A stretch of 58,591 nt of DNA from Verrucomicrobiota bacterium (GTDB lineage Bacteria > Verrucomicrobiota > Verrucomicrobiia > Opitutales > JABDGR01): NCBI GenBank assembly GCA_013285985.1, contig JABDGR010000002.1:1-58591 (forward strand), given 5' to 3'. Below, in pieces: positions 37,327-46,411 of the stretch (its first letter is position 1; every line of letters starts with the position of its first letter). The notes beneath the pieces are model-generated. The model was not told the origin of the DNA, did no database searches, and saw nothing but the letters and a program-made list of their open reading frames with translations. Both the position numbers and the translations under genes were made by a program.

Positions 37327-38274
37327 TCACTGCCAATCCAGCCCAATATCGGCCCAGGGGGCGTGGTGGACGAGGGCGCCGCAGGAGATAAAATCCAGGC
37401 CGATGCGGCCGAGTTCCGGGAGATATTCGAGCGTGACGCCGCCGCTGGCCTCGGTGCAGGCGCGTTGGCCAACGAGGGCCACGGCCTTGACTAGATCGAC
37501 AGGCGCGAAATTGTCCAGCAGCACGACGTCCGCGCCGGCTTCGAGCACAGGCGGGATTTGCGCCAGTTCGTCCACTTCGCACTCGATGAGCAGCTTGGGG
37601 TGGCGCGCGCGGGCCTGGCGCACGGCGGCGGCGAGGCGTTCACCCGCGGTCGCGTGCGCGGCGGCGAGGTGGTTGTCTTTAATAAGCACGCGGTCGAAAA
37701 GGCCGAGGCGGTGGTTCCAACCGCCGCCGCAGGCTACCGCATATTTTTCCAACATGCGGAAGCCCGGCGTGGTTTTGCGGGTGTCGAGGAGCTTGGTGGT
37801 GCTCGAACTGAGCGCGGCGACGTAGCGCGTGGTCTGTGTGGCGACGCCGGAAAGTTTTTGGAAAAAGTTCAGCGCGGTGCGCTCGGTTTTCAGCAGCGTG
37901 GCGGCGGGGCCGGTGACGGTGGCCAGTACCGCGCCTTTGGCGACGGTTTGTCCGTCAACCCTGCCCGGCGCGGGCTTCACCACGCATTTGGACCCGAAGC
38001 TTTCAAAAATCAACGGCAGCAATGGCAGCCCGCAGACCGTCAACGGCTGCCGGGCGACAAAATCCGCGCGCGCCGGGGCGTCGCTGACCAGGGCGGAAGT
38101 GGTGACGTCGCCGGGGGTGACGGGCCGCGCCAGTCCCGCGCCAGCCAGGTCCTCTTCGCGGGCGAGGGTGATAATCTGGCGCAGATAAGCCGGATCAAGC
38201 TCCGCCCACGCCAGCCGCTGGGCGAACGCGACGGCGGGCTTGATGGACGGGACTGATTTTGTGCGAGAAGACAC
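37327..38274 (-). CDS. nadC: nicotinate-nucleotide diphosphorylase (carboxylating) / quinolinate phosphoribosyltransferase
   Basis: LLDTRKTTPGFRMLEKYAVACGGGWNHRLGLFD...IKDNH. GTG start. Confidence 0.92.
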   Translation of the reverse strand: MSSRTKSVPSIKPAVAFAQRLAWAELDPAYLRQIITLAREEDLAGAGLARPVTPGDVTTSALVSDAPARADFVARQPLTVCGLPLLPLIFESFGSKCVVKPAPGRVDGQTVAKGAVLATVTGPAATLLKTERTALNFFQKLSGVATQTTRYVAALSSSTTKLLDTRKTTPGFRMLEKYAVACGGGWNHRLGLFDRVLIKDNHLAAAHATAGERLAAAVRQARARHPKLLIECEVDELAQIPPVLEAGADVVLLDNFAPVDLVKAVALVGQRACTEASGGVTLEYLPELGRIGLDFISCGALVHHAPWADIGLDWQ

Positions 38275-38412
38275 GTCAACAAACTAAGAATGAAGAAATA
38301 AGAAGTAAAACGCGGAATGCAAGGCACGGAACCCAGGTTAAATGCTGCCATGGGGGGTCGTTTTCTTCTAGTCTCGACTCAGGCGCGGAGTCAGGCAAGA
38401 TGCCGGGGCATC

Positions 38413-39204
38413 ATGCCGGCGACTGTTTTCACCATTGCCAACCAGAAGGGCGGGGTCGGCAAAACCACCACAGCCATCAACCTGGGCTTCGGGCTGGCGC
38501 GCCGGGGTGTGCCAACACTTTTGGTGGACCTCGACCCCCAGGCCAATGCGACGAGCGGCTTGGGCTTCGAAAAAGAAGCCGGGCGCAGCCTCTACGGCCC
38601 GCTGCATGGCGAGGGCACGGCAACGGAAAAAGTGCTGGCGACGCGCCAGGAAAATTTATTCCTCATCCCCTCGGAAGTGGATTTGGCCGCCATCGAAATC
38701 GAATTGGGCCAGAAGGACGATTATCTTGTGCAATTGCGAGAGGTGCTCAAGCCGCTCGTGGACGGCGACCGCTTTGGCGCGGTCATCCTCGACTGTCCCC
38801 CGGCGCTGGGGCTGATTTCGATGAACAGCCTCGCAGCCGCCAACCATTTGCTCATCGCGCTCCAGTGCGAATACCTCGCGATGGAAGGACTGAGCCAGAT
38901 TTTGAGCGTCGTCGAACAATTGAAGCAAGCCGGGGTGAACGAGCGCCTCTCCGTCGGCGGCATCATCCTGACGATGTATGACGTGCGCACGAACCTCTCG
39001 CGCCAGGTGGCCGACGAGGTGCGCAAACATTTCCCCAACCTGGTTTTTGACGCCGTCATTCCGCGGTCGGTGCGGTTGAGCGAGGCACCGAGCTTCGGCC
39101 AGTCCATCTTTGAATATGACGCGCTGTGCTCTGGGGCGCAGGCGTATGGGAAGCTGGCCACGGAAATGATCAAAAGGTTTTCCTTGCCGGAGAAGGCCAC
39201 TTGA
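38413..39204 (+). CDS. parA: ParA/Soj-family partition ATPase
   Basis: ATG at 38413. Deviant Walker A NQKGGVGKTTTAINLG, with ILDCPP and LTMYD motifs. Confidence 0.92.
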   Translation: MPATVFTIANQKGGVGKTTTAINLGFGLARRGVPTLLVDLDPQANATSGLGFEKEAGRSLYGPLHGEGTATEKVLATRQENLFLIPSEVDLAAIEIELGQKDDYLVQLREVLKPLVDGDRFGAVILDCPPALGLISMNSLAAANHLLIALQCEYLAMEGLSQILSVVEQLKQAGVNERLSVGGIILTMYDVRTNLSRQVADEVRKHFPNLVFDAVIPRSVRLSEAPSFGQSIFEYDALCSGAQAYGKLATEMIKRFSLPEKAT

Positions 39205-39224
39205 ACGGCCGCGCCGGTTTTGCC

Positions 39225-40073
39225 ATGCCCGCAAAAAAGTCCAGGAATCGCAGCAAGCCCGCGGTGTCGCGCGCGGCCAAGGCGCCGGCGGATTCCCTGC
39301 TCGCACGGCTGACGCGCTATGTGACGCGCCGGTTTGGCGGCGCCGAGCCGCGTGACCCATCGCTCGAAGCCTTGCAGGAGCGGCTGAAGTATAAATTTCG
39401 CAAAAAGAACTTACTGGAGGAGGCGCTGACGCACCCGTCCTTCGCCCAGCAGGAACGCCACCGCGTGCCGCACAATCAACGGCTGGAGTTTTTGGGCGAC
39501 GCCGTGCTGAGTTTGATTCTGGCCGAGCGGCTTTTTCACGATCTGCCCGGCGAGCGTGAAGGCGAACTGGCGCGGGCGCGTTCGGCACTGGGCAAGGGCG
39601 AATTGCTGGCAACGCTGGCGCGCAAGCTGGGCCTCCCGGCGTGTTTGCGCCTGGCCAAGGGCGACGCCGCCGCGGGCGGGCGCGAATGGATGTCGTCGCA
39701 GGAGGACGCCTTCGAGGCGTTGGTTGGCGCGGTGTATCTGGACAGCGATTTTGCGACGGCGCGCGATGTCGTCTTGAAATGGTTTGGCGACCTCGACGAA
39801 TTGCGCGCAGAATTGCTCAGCGGCGATAACCCGAAAGGCCGTTTGCAGGAATGGCTCGCGCAACGTGGATTGGCCCAAGCGCATATCTACCGGTTGCGGC
39901 AGACAACCGGGCCGGACCACGCGAAGGTCTTTCAGGTTGAATTGGTGGTAAACGGCGAAGTTTTGGGTGAAGGCGAAGGCCGCTCGAAAAAAGAGGCCGA
40001 AGAGCAGGCCGCGCGCACAGCCCTCGTTGCCCTGGCCCTGCGCGAACAGAAACAGCAGCAAACGCAGCAGTAG
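39225..40073 (+). CDS. rnc: ribonuclease III
   Basis: ATG at 39225. RNase III signature NQRLEFLGDAVL, EDAFEALVGAVYLD and a C-terminal dsRBD. Confidence 0.93.
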   Translation: MPAKKSRNRSKPAVSRAAKAPADSLLARLTRYVTRRFGGAEPRDPSLEALQERLKYKFRKKNLLEEALTHPSFAQQERHRVPHNQRLEFLGDAVLSLILAERLFHDLPGEREGELARARSALGKGELLATLARKLGLPACLRLAKGDAAAGGREWMSSQEDAFEALVGAVYLDSDFATARDVVLKWFGDLDELRAELLSGDNPKGRLQEWLAQRGLAQAHIYRLRQTTGPDHAKVFQVELVVNGEVLGEGEGRSKKEAEEQAARTALVALALREQKQQQTQQ

Positions 40074-40257
40074 AAATTACAAAAACACATCAGGGCGGCT
40101 GTGCGTGCAACCTGCTGGATGGCAAGGAAATATGATTTTTCCGAGTTGAAGTGCTTTCCAGTGTTTCACCGCTGGCGATTTTAGGTAACTATTACATGAG
40201 CATTGCTTAATCATACCGCATGCCCTCGTTATCGGAAACTCCCAACCCGCACCAATT

Positions 40258-40473
40258 ATGAATGACGACCCCGCCCAAAACCCTCCACGAAGCATCGAAG
40301 TTGAAAAAGAACGAACCAAACGCACGTCATCCGCCAGCACAATCGCGATCTGCACAGCGGGCTGCGCCTTTTTGTTGTTGGTGAACGCGCCGACTTGGCC
40401 CGCAGCCTTTGGAGTTATGGCCCTCAGTGGCATGGCCGTGGTCGTTTGTTATTACATTTTGCATCAGAAATAA
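40258..40473 (+). CDS. small hypothetical membrane protein (two TM segments)
   Basis: 71 aa with an ATG start. A charged N-terminus is followed by IAICTAGCAFLLLV and AAFGVMALSGMAVVVCYYIL. It lies 62 bp upstream of the kinase gene. Coding status is not proven. Confidence 0.4.
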   Translation: MNDDPAQNPPRSIEVEKERTKRTSSASTIAICTAGCAFLLLVNAPTWPAAFGVMALSGMAVVVCYYILHQK

Positions 40474-40535
40474 TGCGAACACCCGGTCGGGTAAAATTAG
40501 GCAAAACCACTGATTTCCCAAACGAGGCCTGACTC

Positions 40536-43500
40536 ATGACATTTCTGCTTACTCTGCTTGGTGGGATCGAGGCCGTAAAAAGCATGGTTCTGCTGTCGGC
40601 ATTGTTTTTAGGCCTGGGGGGCACGGTGCTATGGATTTGGGCGCTGATTGATTGCAGCAAGCAAACCAGCTCCGACCCCAGCCACAATCACCGCCAATTG
40701 GTGTGGTTGCTGGTCGTCGCCCTGACCCATATGTTCGGCGCGCTGCTGTATTTTATTTTCGGCCGGGCTTCGCTGATGTCATCACGCAGCGCCATTCCTG
40801 CCTCCACGCCGCAGACCATGGCGCGCGCCGCCGCCGCGCCCCCGTCCGTATCGCCGCAGCCGACTTCGCGCCCCAAGGCACAATGCCCCAAATGCGGCGG
40901 GCCACTGGGGCCGGATGCGCCGGAAGGCCTGTGCCCGCGGTGTTTGCTGCAAATGAACCTCGGCGCGCCGACACAGTTCACCGGTGAATCAGGGGCGCGA
41001 TTTACAACCAATGCGCCTCCGCCACCGATGCCGCCGGAGGAAATCGCCCAACATTTCCCGCAGTTGGAAATTCTTGAATGCCTCGGCCGCGGCGGGATGG
41101 GCGTGGTCTACAAGGCGCGGCAGCCGCGTCTCAACCGTCTGGTGGCGCTGAAAATTCTTGCGCCAGGCCGCCAGCAGGACCCGCAATTTGCGGAGCGTTT
41201 TTTACGTGAGGCCCAGGCGCTGGCGAAACTCAACCACCCCAACATCGTCACCGTTTACGATTTCGGCGAGTCAGACGGGCTTTACTATTTGCTGATGGAA
41301 TACGTGGACGGCGTGACGCTGCGTGGGCTGTTGCAAGGCGGCAAGGTGGAGTCCGGCCAGGCGCTGGCCATCGTGCCGCGCATTTGCGAGGCACTACAGT
41401 ACGCGCACGAGCAGGGCGTCGTCCACCGCGACATCAAGCCGGAGAATGTGCTGCTGGACAAGCAGGGCCGCGTGAAAATCGCGGATTTCGGCATCGCACG
41501 GATGCTGGGCGTCGAGGGCCTGCCTGCACACACGCGCGACCGCTACGTCATTGGCACGCCCTACTACATGGCGCCCGAGCAGGTCGAACATCCGCTGGAG
41601 GTGGACCATCGCGCGGACATTTATTCGCTCGGCGTGGTGTTTTACGAAATGCTGACGGGCGAATTGCCGCTGGGCCGCTTCGCCCTGCCGTCGCAAAAGG
41701 TGCAGTTGGACGTGCGGCTGGACGACGTGGTGTTGCGCACGCTGGAGAAAGAGCCGCAGCGGCGTTACCAGCAGGCGGGGCAGGTCAAGACGGATGTGGA
41801 GCACATCACGGGGGTGGGCACGAGCGGAGGATCACCCATTCCCGGTGTGGCTTTGGGCGCGCCACCGCGCCCGCCCACTCCACCGCCGGTTGCGCCGCCG
41901 CGCGGTGGTTTCGCAGCCAACCCGCCGGGCGAGTCGCGCTTTTCCGGCAAGGCGATAGCCGGCATCGTGTGGGCGGCGTTGGGCGCCACAACATTGATGT
42001 TGATTGGACATTCCGGTGTCGTGTTCCCGAGAGATTTCCATCTGCTGGCACTCATCTTCGTCTTCACATTTCTGGCCGCCCCTTTGGGCACAACGATCCT
42101 CGGCTGGGCCGCCGTGGGCGACATCCGCCGCTCGAACGGAAAAATTCACGGCCTCTGGCTGGCGGTGTTTGACGGCTTGCTGTTTCCCATTATCGCCCTG
42201 AGTGGGCTGATTTTGTTTATGTGCTTTGTGGCCGAGCGGCCGATCCTTGACCATTTTGCGCAATTCGCCAGCAACGGTCTGAACCGGCAGGATTTTATGG
42301 ATTTCCATCGGCTGGATTTCCTGGCGCCGGGAATTTTCCTTTCTCTAATCGCCGATATCTTGATTATCTGGCTGGTGGCGCGGGCGGTGCATCGCGTGAT
42401 GCATCCCGCCCCGGCGGAGCCAGCCAGCCTGCTTTGGGGGATGATGAAAGCGCTCGCGGTGATTGTTATATTGGCAATCGTGGCAACCGTGGTCTTTGCG
42501 GGCGTCGGGCTCCTTTCCTACAATGGAATGAGTCGCCAGTTTCTGGCGACGGCAGAACATATCGCCAATAAGGACTCTTTCCAAACCGTATGGAATCAGG
42601 CCGTGAACTCCATGATTCAAGCCGTGAACGCGAAATTGCCGGATTACAGCCTGCGCTACGATAACCTCCATGTGTTCTGGGCGCCGGAAATGAACCGCGC
42701 CACCATTGTATTGGACAATGCCCAGGAGATGATGGGGGTGAACGGCACCAATGCATGGAAGTCCGTCGACGGCTCACTCTACGCGACTTACACCGGCGAT
42801 GGAATGTGGACCATCCAGGGAGATGGCCATTTGGGCAATGTGCAATTCCAGGCGCCCGGGCCGGACACCGGCCAGCCGTTGCCTGAACCGGTCGGGCAGC
42901 CGCAGGCTGCTCTTTTTCCTGCACCGGCCTCAGCAAATGCATCGGCGTCTGCGGACGATATTGATTCACTGCGCGTCGAGTTGCAGCAGGCCCAACATAA
43001 TTTGGATAATGTGAAGCAGAAACTTGACCAGGGGCTGGCGGTGCTGGCGGACGTCATCAATGCCCAGGAAGTAGTGGATGTTTTGGACGCGGAAATAAAC
43101 GGCGGCCCGGTGCAAATTGCGCAGGCGCATCTCGACGCCGCGCAGCACCGACTCGCGAACGATGAGCAGTTATTGCGGGCCGGTTTAATCACCCAGGCGG
43201 ATTATGACCAGGCCAAAGCGGAAGTGGATGCGCGCAAAGCCGAGGCGGATGCTGCACAGGGAAATAATCAGCCGGTTGCGGCCGCAGCAAATGGGGCAAA
43301 CGTTCCTTCTCCAGCCGCGATCACCGTTCCCGACCCGCCGGGATACACCGTTACCTCGGCGTCCTCCTCCTCGCCCGCGCCGTCCATTCCGGATCCGCCG
43401 GCTTACGTGGCCGCGCAGGCAGCTCCAGACACTTCGGTCGCGGTGGAAATTGACGCAATCAAGCAACTCAACTTCGAAAATTCGCGGCTGGTTTCATTGC

Positions 43501-43751
43501 TCAATATCGCGCGGCGGCCCAACCTCAGTCCGGCGTCCCAAGTCCGCCTGGTGCAGACGGCCTTTTCCAATCTGGATTTTGAAAACAACAAAATAGCGCT
43601 GCTCTTGGAAATCATTCGCAATCCGAAGTTCAGCGAGCAGGCGCGCACCGCGATCTTGTCCCGGATTGGCTCACTCAATTTCGAAAACAGCCGGGTGGTG
43701 ATCTTGAACTTCCTGAACCAGCATCCGGCGACAGCTCCGGCGGCGCATTAA
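40536..43751 (+). CDS. multi-domain membrane Ser/Thr protein kinase (PLDc_N-like TM pair, zinc ribbon, kinase, polytopic block, coiled coil, C-terminal NFENS repeats)
   Basis: GRGGMGVVYKA, VALK, HRDIKPENVLL, DFG and APE kinase motifs. Zinc ribbon CPKCGGPLGPDAPEGLCPRCLL. The N-terminal WIWALIDC...LVWLLVVALTHMFGALLYFIFGR resembles the PLD-nuclease N-terminal TM domain. Confidence 0.9.
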   Translation: MTFLLTLLGGIEAVKSMVLLSALFLGLGGTVLWIWALIDCSKQTSSDPSHNHRQLVWLLVVALTHMFGALLYFIFGRASLMSSRSAIPASTPQTMARAAAAPPSVSPQPTSRPKAQCPKCGGPLGPDAPEGLCPRCLLQMNLGAPTQFTGESGARFTTNAPPPPMPPEEIAQHFPQLEILECLGRGGMGVVYKARQPRLNRLVALKILAPGRQQDPQFAERFLREAQALAKLNHPNIVTVYDFGESDGLYYLLMEYVDGVTLRGLLQGGKVESGQALAIVPRICEALQYAHEQGVVHRDIKPENVLLDKQGRVKIADFGIARMLGVEGLPAHTRDRYVIGTPYYMAPEQVEHPLEVDHRADIYSLGVVFYEMLTGELPLGRFALPSQKVQLDVRLDDVVLRTLEKEPQRRYQQAGQVKTDVEHITGVGTSGGSPIPGVALGAPPRPPTPPPVAPPRGGFAANPPGESRFSGKAIAGIVWAALGATTLMLIGHSGVVFPRDFHLLALIFVFTFLAAPLGTTILGWAAVGDIRRSNGKIHGLWLAVFDGLLFPIIALSGLILFMCFVAERPILDHFAQFASNGLNRQDFMDFHRLDFLAPGIFLSLIADILIIWLVARAVHRVMHPAPAEPASLLWGMMKALAVIVILAIVATVVFAGVGLLSYNGMSRQFLATAEHIANKDSFQTVWNQAVNSMIQAVNAKLPDYSLRYDNLHVFWAPEMNRATIVLDNAQEMMGVNGTNAWKSVDGSLYATYTGDGMWTIQGDGHLGNVQFQAPGPDTGQPLPEPVGQPQAALFPAPASANASASADDIDSLRVELQQAQHNLDNVKQKLDQGLAVLADVINAQEVVDVLDAEINGGPVQIAQAHLDAAQHRLANDEQLLRAGLITQADYDQAKAEVDARKAEADAAQGNNQPVAAAANGANVPSPAAITVPDPPGYTVTSASSSSPAPSIPDPPAYVAAQAAPDTSVAVEIDAIKQLNFENSRLVSLLNIARRPNLSPASQVRLVQTAFSNLDFENNKIALLLEIIRNPKFSEQARTAILSRIGSLNFENSRVVILNFLNQHPATAPAAH
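43450..43724 (+). repeat. three ~32-aa intragenic protein repeats centred on (L)(N/D)FEN(S/N) at the kinase C-terminus (DUF4476-like)
   Basis: IKQLNFENSRLVSLLNIARRPNLSPASQVRLVQ / AFSNLDFENNKIALLLEIIRNPKFSEQARTAILS / RIGSLNFENSRVVILNFLNQH. Confidence 0.55.
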
Positions 43752-43820
43752 CCCGATTCATCCAGGATTCAGGCTCGCGTGGAAGCGGGGCAAAGAATAT
43801 GCTGGGCGGTGATTTCCCCC

Positions 43821-44390
43821 ATGCACATTTCCTCTCTGGCTAAGTTCTGGCGGCCAATCACCGGCGTTCTTTTGGGCGCATTAATCCTGGCGGCCTGCTC
43901 CAAGAGCGCTCCGGCCGCGTCCGCGGACGAGGAAAAGCACGCCCCGCGCCTGGGAGCGTGGACGGAGGATTACGCCGCCGCCGTCAAGCAGGCCAAGGCG
44001 GAAAAGAAAAAAATCCTGCTCGATTTCACCGGGTCGGACTGGTGCGTGAATTGTTTCCGCCTCGACGACGGGGTTTTTTCCAAGCCGGAGTTTGCCGATT
44101 TCGCCAAGACGCACTACGTGCTCGTGACCCTGGATTTCCCCGCCAAAAGAAAAATGCCCGACAGCGTCACGGACCAAAATGCCGCCCTCATGACGAAATA
44201 CATGGTTCAGGGCCTGCCGACCGTGGTTCTACTCGATGCCGACGAGAACAAGCTCGTCTCCCTGCTGGGCTACCGGGGCGAAGATGCGGCGAAATTTATC
44301 GACGAACTGGAGCACCCCAGCGCACCGGCCATGCCGCCCGACCCGGCCAGTGCCGCACCGATGCCGCCCGCGACCCCGGCCAGTAAATAA
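43821..44390 (+). CDS. thioredoxin-fold lipoprotein (Thioredoxin_7 / DsbD-gamma-like, CxxC)
   Basis: ATG at 43821 with lipobox LILAAC. KKILLDFTGSDWCVNCFRLD carries a WCVNC active site, followed by GLPTVVLLD. Confidence 0.75.
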   Translation: MHISSLAKFWRPITGVLLGALILAACSKSAPAASADEEKHAPRLGAWTEDYAAAVKQAKAEKKKILLDFTGSDWCVNCFRLDDGVFSKPEFADFAKTHYVLVTLDFPAKRKMPDSVTDQNAALMTKYMVQGLPTVVLLDADENKLVSLLGYRGEDAAKFIDELEHPSAPAMPPDPASAAPMPPATPASK

Positions 44391-45584
44391 ATGAGGTTTT
44401 GCTTTGCCAGGTTGCTTTCTTGGCCGGCGGTCTTGTGCGCTGCCGTGGCGCTCGCAGGCTGCCAGAGCAAGCCGGAGGAGCGCCTGTGGGTGGATACGAG
44501 CATCAACGGGCGCCCTGTCCATCTGTTCGTGGATACCGGCTCGACGATTTCGATGCTGAAGCGCTCAACGGCCGCCGAACTGGGACTGAAAATCACCGAG
44601 CCGCCGCCCCAGCCGGATTTGCCTCCCGGCACATTGAATTTTGCGCTGACCGAACCGGGCGACTTGATGTTTTTGAATGCACCCAGCCATATTCGCTTCG
44701 GAGTGCATGACATGCCGCCCTATGTTCAGCTCGGCGCCGACGGCGTGGTCGGCTGGTCGGAATTGCGCCGGAAAATATTACTCTTTGACGCGCCGACTCG
44801 GCAGATTCATCAGCTGGACAAATTGCCCGACGACATCGCGGGGTGGGTGCGGTTAAGCATTTTGCCCAGCCGCCAGATGCTGATTTTGCAAACGCCGGGG
44901 CCCGGCGGCCCGCCCGGGTTGATTTACGTCGACACGGGCAACCCCTCCGGCGTCGGCCTGTCGCCGGAGCATTGGGAGGCGTGGCGCGGGGCGCACCCCG
45001 GCGAGCAGGAGACCATGCGAATTTATTACACACCCGGTGCGGGCGTGGTCACTTGCGAGCAATCCTGGGCGCGGGAGATCCCCCTGGGGCCGTTTACGCT
45101 CACGGATACGCCCGTGGAGAAAGGCGATCCCGTGACCACCGGGGCGGGCGGAGCGCAGCATGTGGCCACCCTGGGCATGGCCGCTTTGCGCCGGCTGGAT
45201 TTTATTTTCGATGGCACCCAAAACGTGGTTTACCTGCGCCCAAAAACCACGCCGCCCGCGCCTTTCGAGCATAACCGCCTTGGCGCGGTATTCACGCCGC
45301 TGAACGACAACAGCGAAAGCCTGGTGGCGGAGGTCGCGGAAGGCACGCCCGCCTACGAGGCTGGGTTGCGCGATGGCGACACCGTCACAGGCATCAACAA
45401 TGTCTTCCAGCTCAACTGGCGAAAACACCCCCAGCTGGGCCTGCCGGATTTTACCTGGGATGCCGGCAGCAAGGTGCGCCTGCAGGTTTTGCGCCACGGC
45501 AGCCATTACATGCTCTATGCCCGCATGCGCAACCTGATTGGGCCGGGGTCGGCAGGCTATGAACCGGCAGTGGGCGGGCATTGA
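44391..45584 (+). CDS. lipoprotein with two retropepsin-like aspartyl protease lobes plus a C-terminal PDZ domain
   Basis: Lipobox VALAGC. The two lobes are HLFVDTGSTISMLK and LIYVDTGNPSGVGL. PDZ-like VAEVAEGTPAYEAGLRDGDTVTGINN. The start codon directly follows the upstream TAA. Confidence 0.75.
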   Translation: MRFCFARLLSWPAVLCAAVALAGCQSKPEERLWVDTSINGRPVHLFVDTGSTISMLKRSTAAELGLKITEPPPQPDLPPGTLNFALTEPGDLMFLNAPSHIRFGVHDMPPYVQLGADGVVGWSELRRKILLFDAPTRQIHQLDKLPDDIAGWVRLSILPSRQMLILQTPGPGGPPGLIYVDTGNPSGVGLSPEHWEAWRGAHPGEQETMRIYYTPGAGVVTCEQSWAREIPLGPFTLTDTPVEKGDPVTTGAGGAQHVATLGMAALRRLDFIFDGTQNVVYLRPKTTPPAPFEHNRLGAVFTPLNDNSESLVAEVAEGTPAYEAGLRDGDTVTGINNVFQLNWRKHPQLGLPDFTWDAGSKVRLQVLRHGSHYMLYARMRNLIGPGSAGYEPAVGGH

Positions 45585-45607
45585 AACGCCGGTGGTTGTG
45601 TGCTTCT

Positions 45608-46372
45608 ATGAGTGCGCCCCCGATGAGCACGCCCGCCGACACCCCGCCGCGCCCGGTTGCCCCACGCGCACGTTTTGCCACGACGCGTTGGACGATGGTG
45701 CTCGCAGCGGGCCGTCGCTCATCCCCTGAGGCGGCGCGGGCGCTCGAGGAATTATGCCGGGTTTATTGGTACCCGCTCTACGTCTATGTACGCCGGCGTG
45801 GCCACGCGAAGGCGGATGCCGAGGATTTGACCCAGGCGTTTTTTGCCCGCCTCTTGGAGAAGGATTTTTTACGTGCCGCCGCCCGCGAAAAGGGCCGCTT
45901 CCGCACGTTCATGCTCGTGGCCTTCCAGCGTTTTTGCGCTAACGAATGGGACCGGGCTCGCGCGCAAAAACGCGGCGGCGGGCAGACGATTTTGTCCCTC
46001 AACCTCGACACCGCGGAGCGCCGCTATCATGCCGAACCAGCGGACGAATTGAGCGCCGACCGCATTTTCGAACGTCGCTGGGCGCTGACGCTCATCGAGC
46101 GGACCATCGCGCGCCTGCGCGGTGAATACGAAGCGGCAGGCAAGGGGAGTGACTTCGACCTGCTCAAGACCTTTCTGACCGCGGACAGCGACACTATTCC
46201 CTATGCGGAGCTTTCGGCGAAACTCGGACAGAGCGAAGGCGCGCTGCGGGTCGCCGTGCACCGGCTGCGCAAACGCTTCCGCGAACTGTTTCGCCAGGAA
46301 ATCGCCCAAACAGTTTCCAGCCCGGAAGAGATTGAAGGCGAACTCCGGTATCTGCTCTCGGTGCTTTCGTAG
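45608..46372 (+). CDS. ECF-type sigma-70 family RNA polymerase sigma factor
   Basis: TRWTMVLAAG...ALEELCRVYWYPLYVYVRRRGHAKADAEDLTQAFFARLLE (region 2) and YAELSAKLGQSEGALRVAVHRLRKRFRELF (region 4 HTH). The track start is TTG at 45581, overlapping the protease stop. ATGs occur at 45608 and 45623. Confidence 0.85.
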   Translation: MSAPPMSTPADTPPRPVAPRARFATTRWTMVLAAGRRSSPEAARALEELCRVYWYPLYVYVRRRGHAKADAEDLTQAFFARLLEKDFLRAAAREKGRFRTFMLVAFQRFCANEWDRARAQKRGGGQTILSLNLDTAERRYHAEPADELSADRIFERRWALTLIERTIARLRGEYEAAGKGSDFDLLKTFLTADSDTIPYAELSAKLGQSEGALRVAVHRLRKRFRELFRQEIAQTVSSPEEIEGELRYLLSVLS

Positions 46373-46411
46373 AAGGGGTGGAAATAATTCTTAAAATAGT
46401 TGTTGACCGAC

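Noticed and set aside
40162-40169. TGTTTCAC half of the parS palindrome downstream of parA-rnc.
   Set aside because: Only the first half matches. The second half (GTGAAACA) is absent, so it is not a functional-looking parS.
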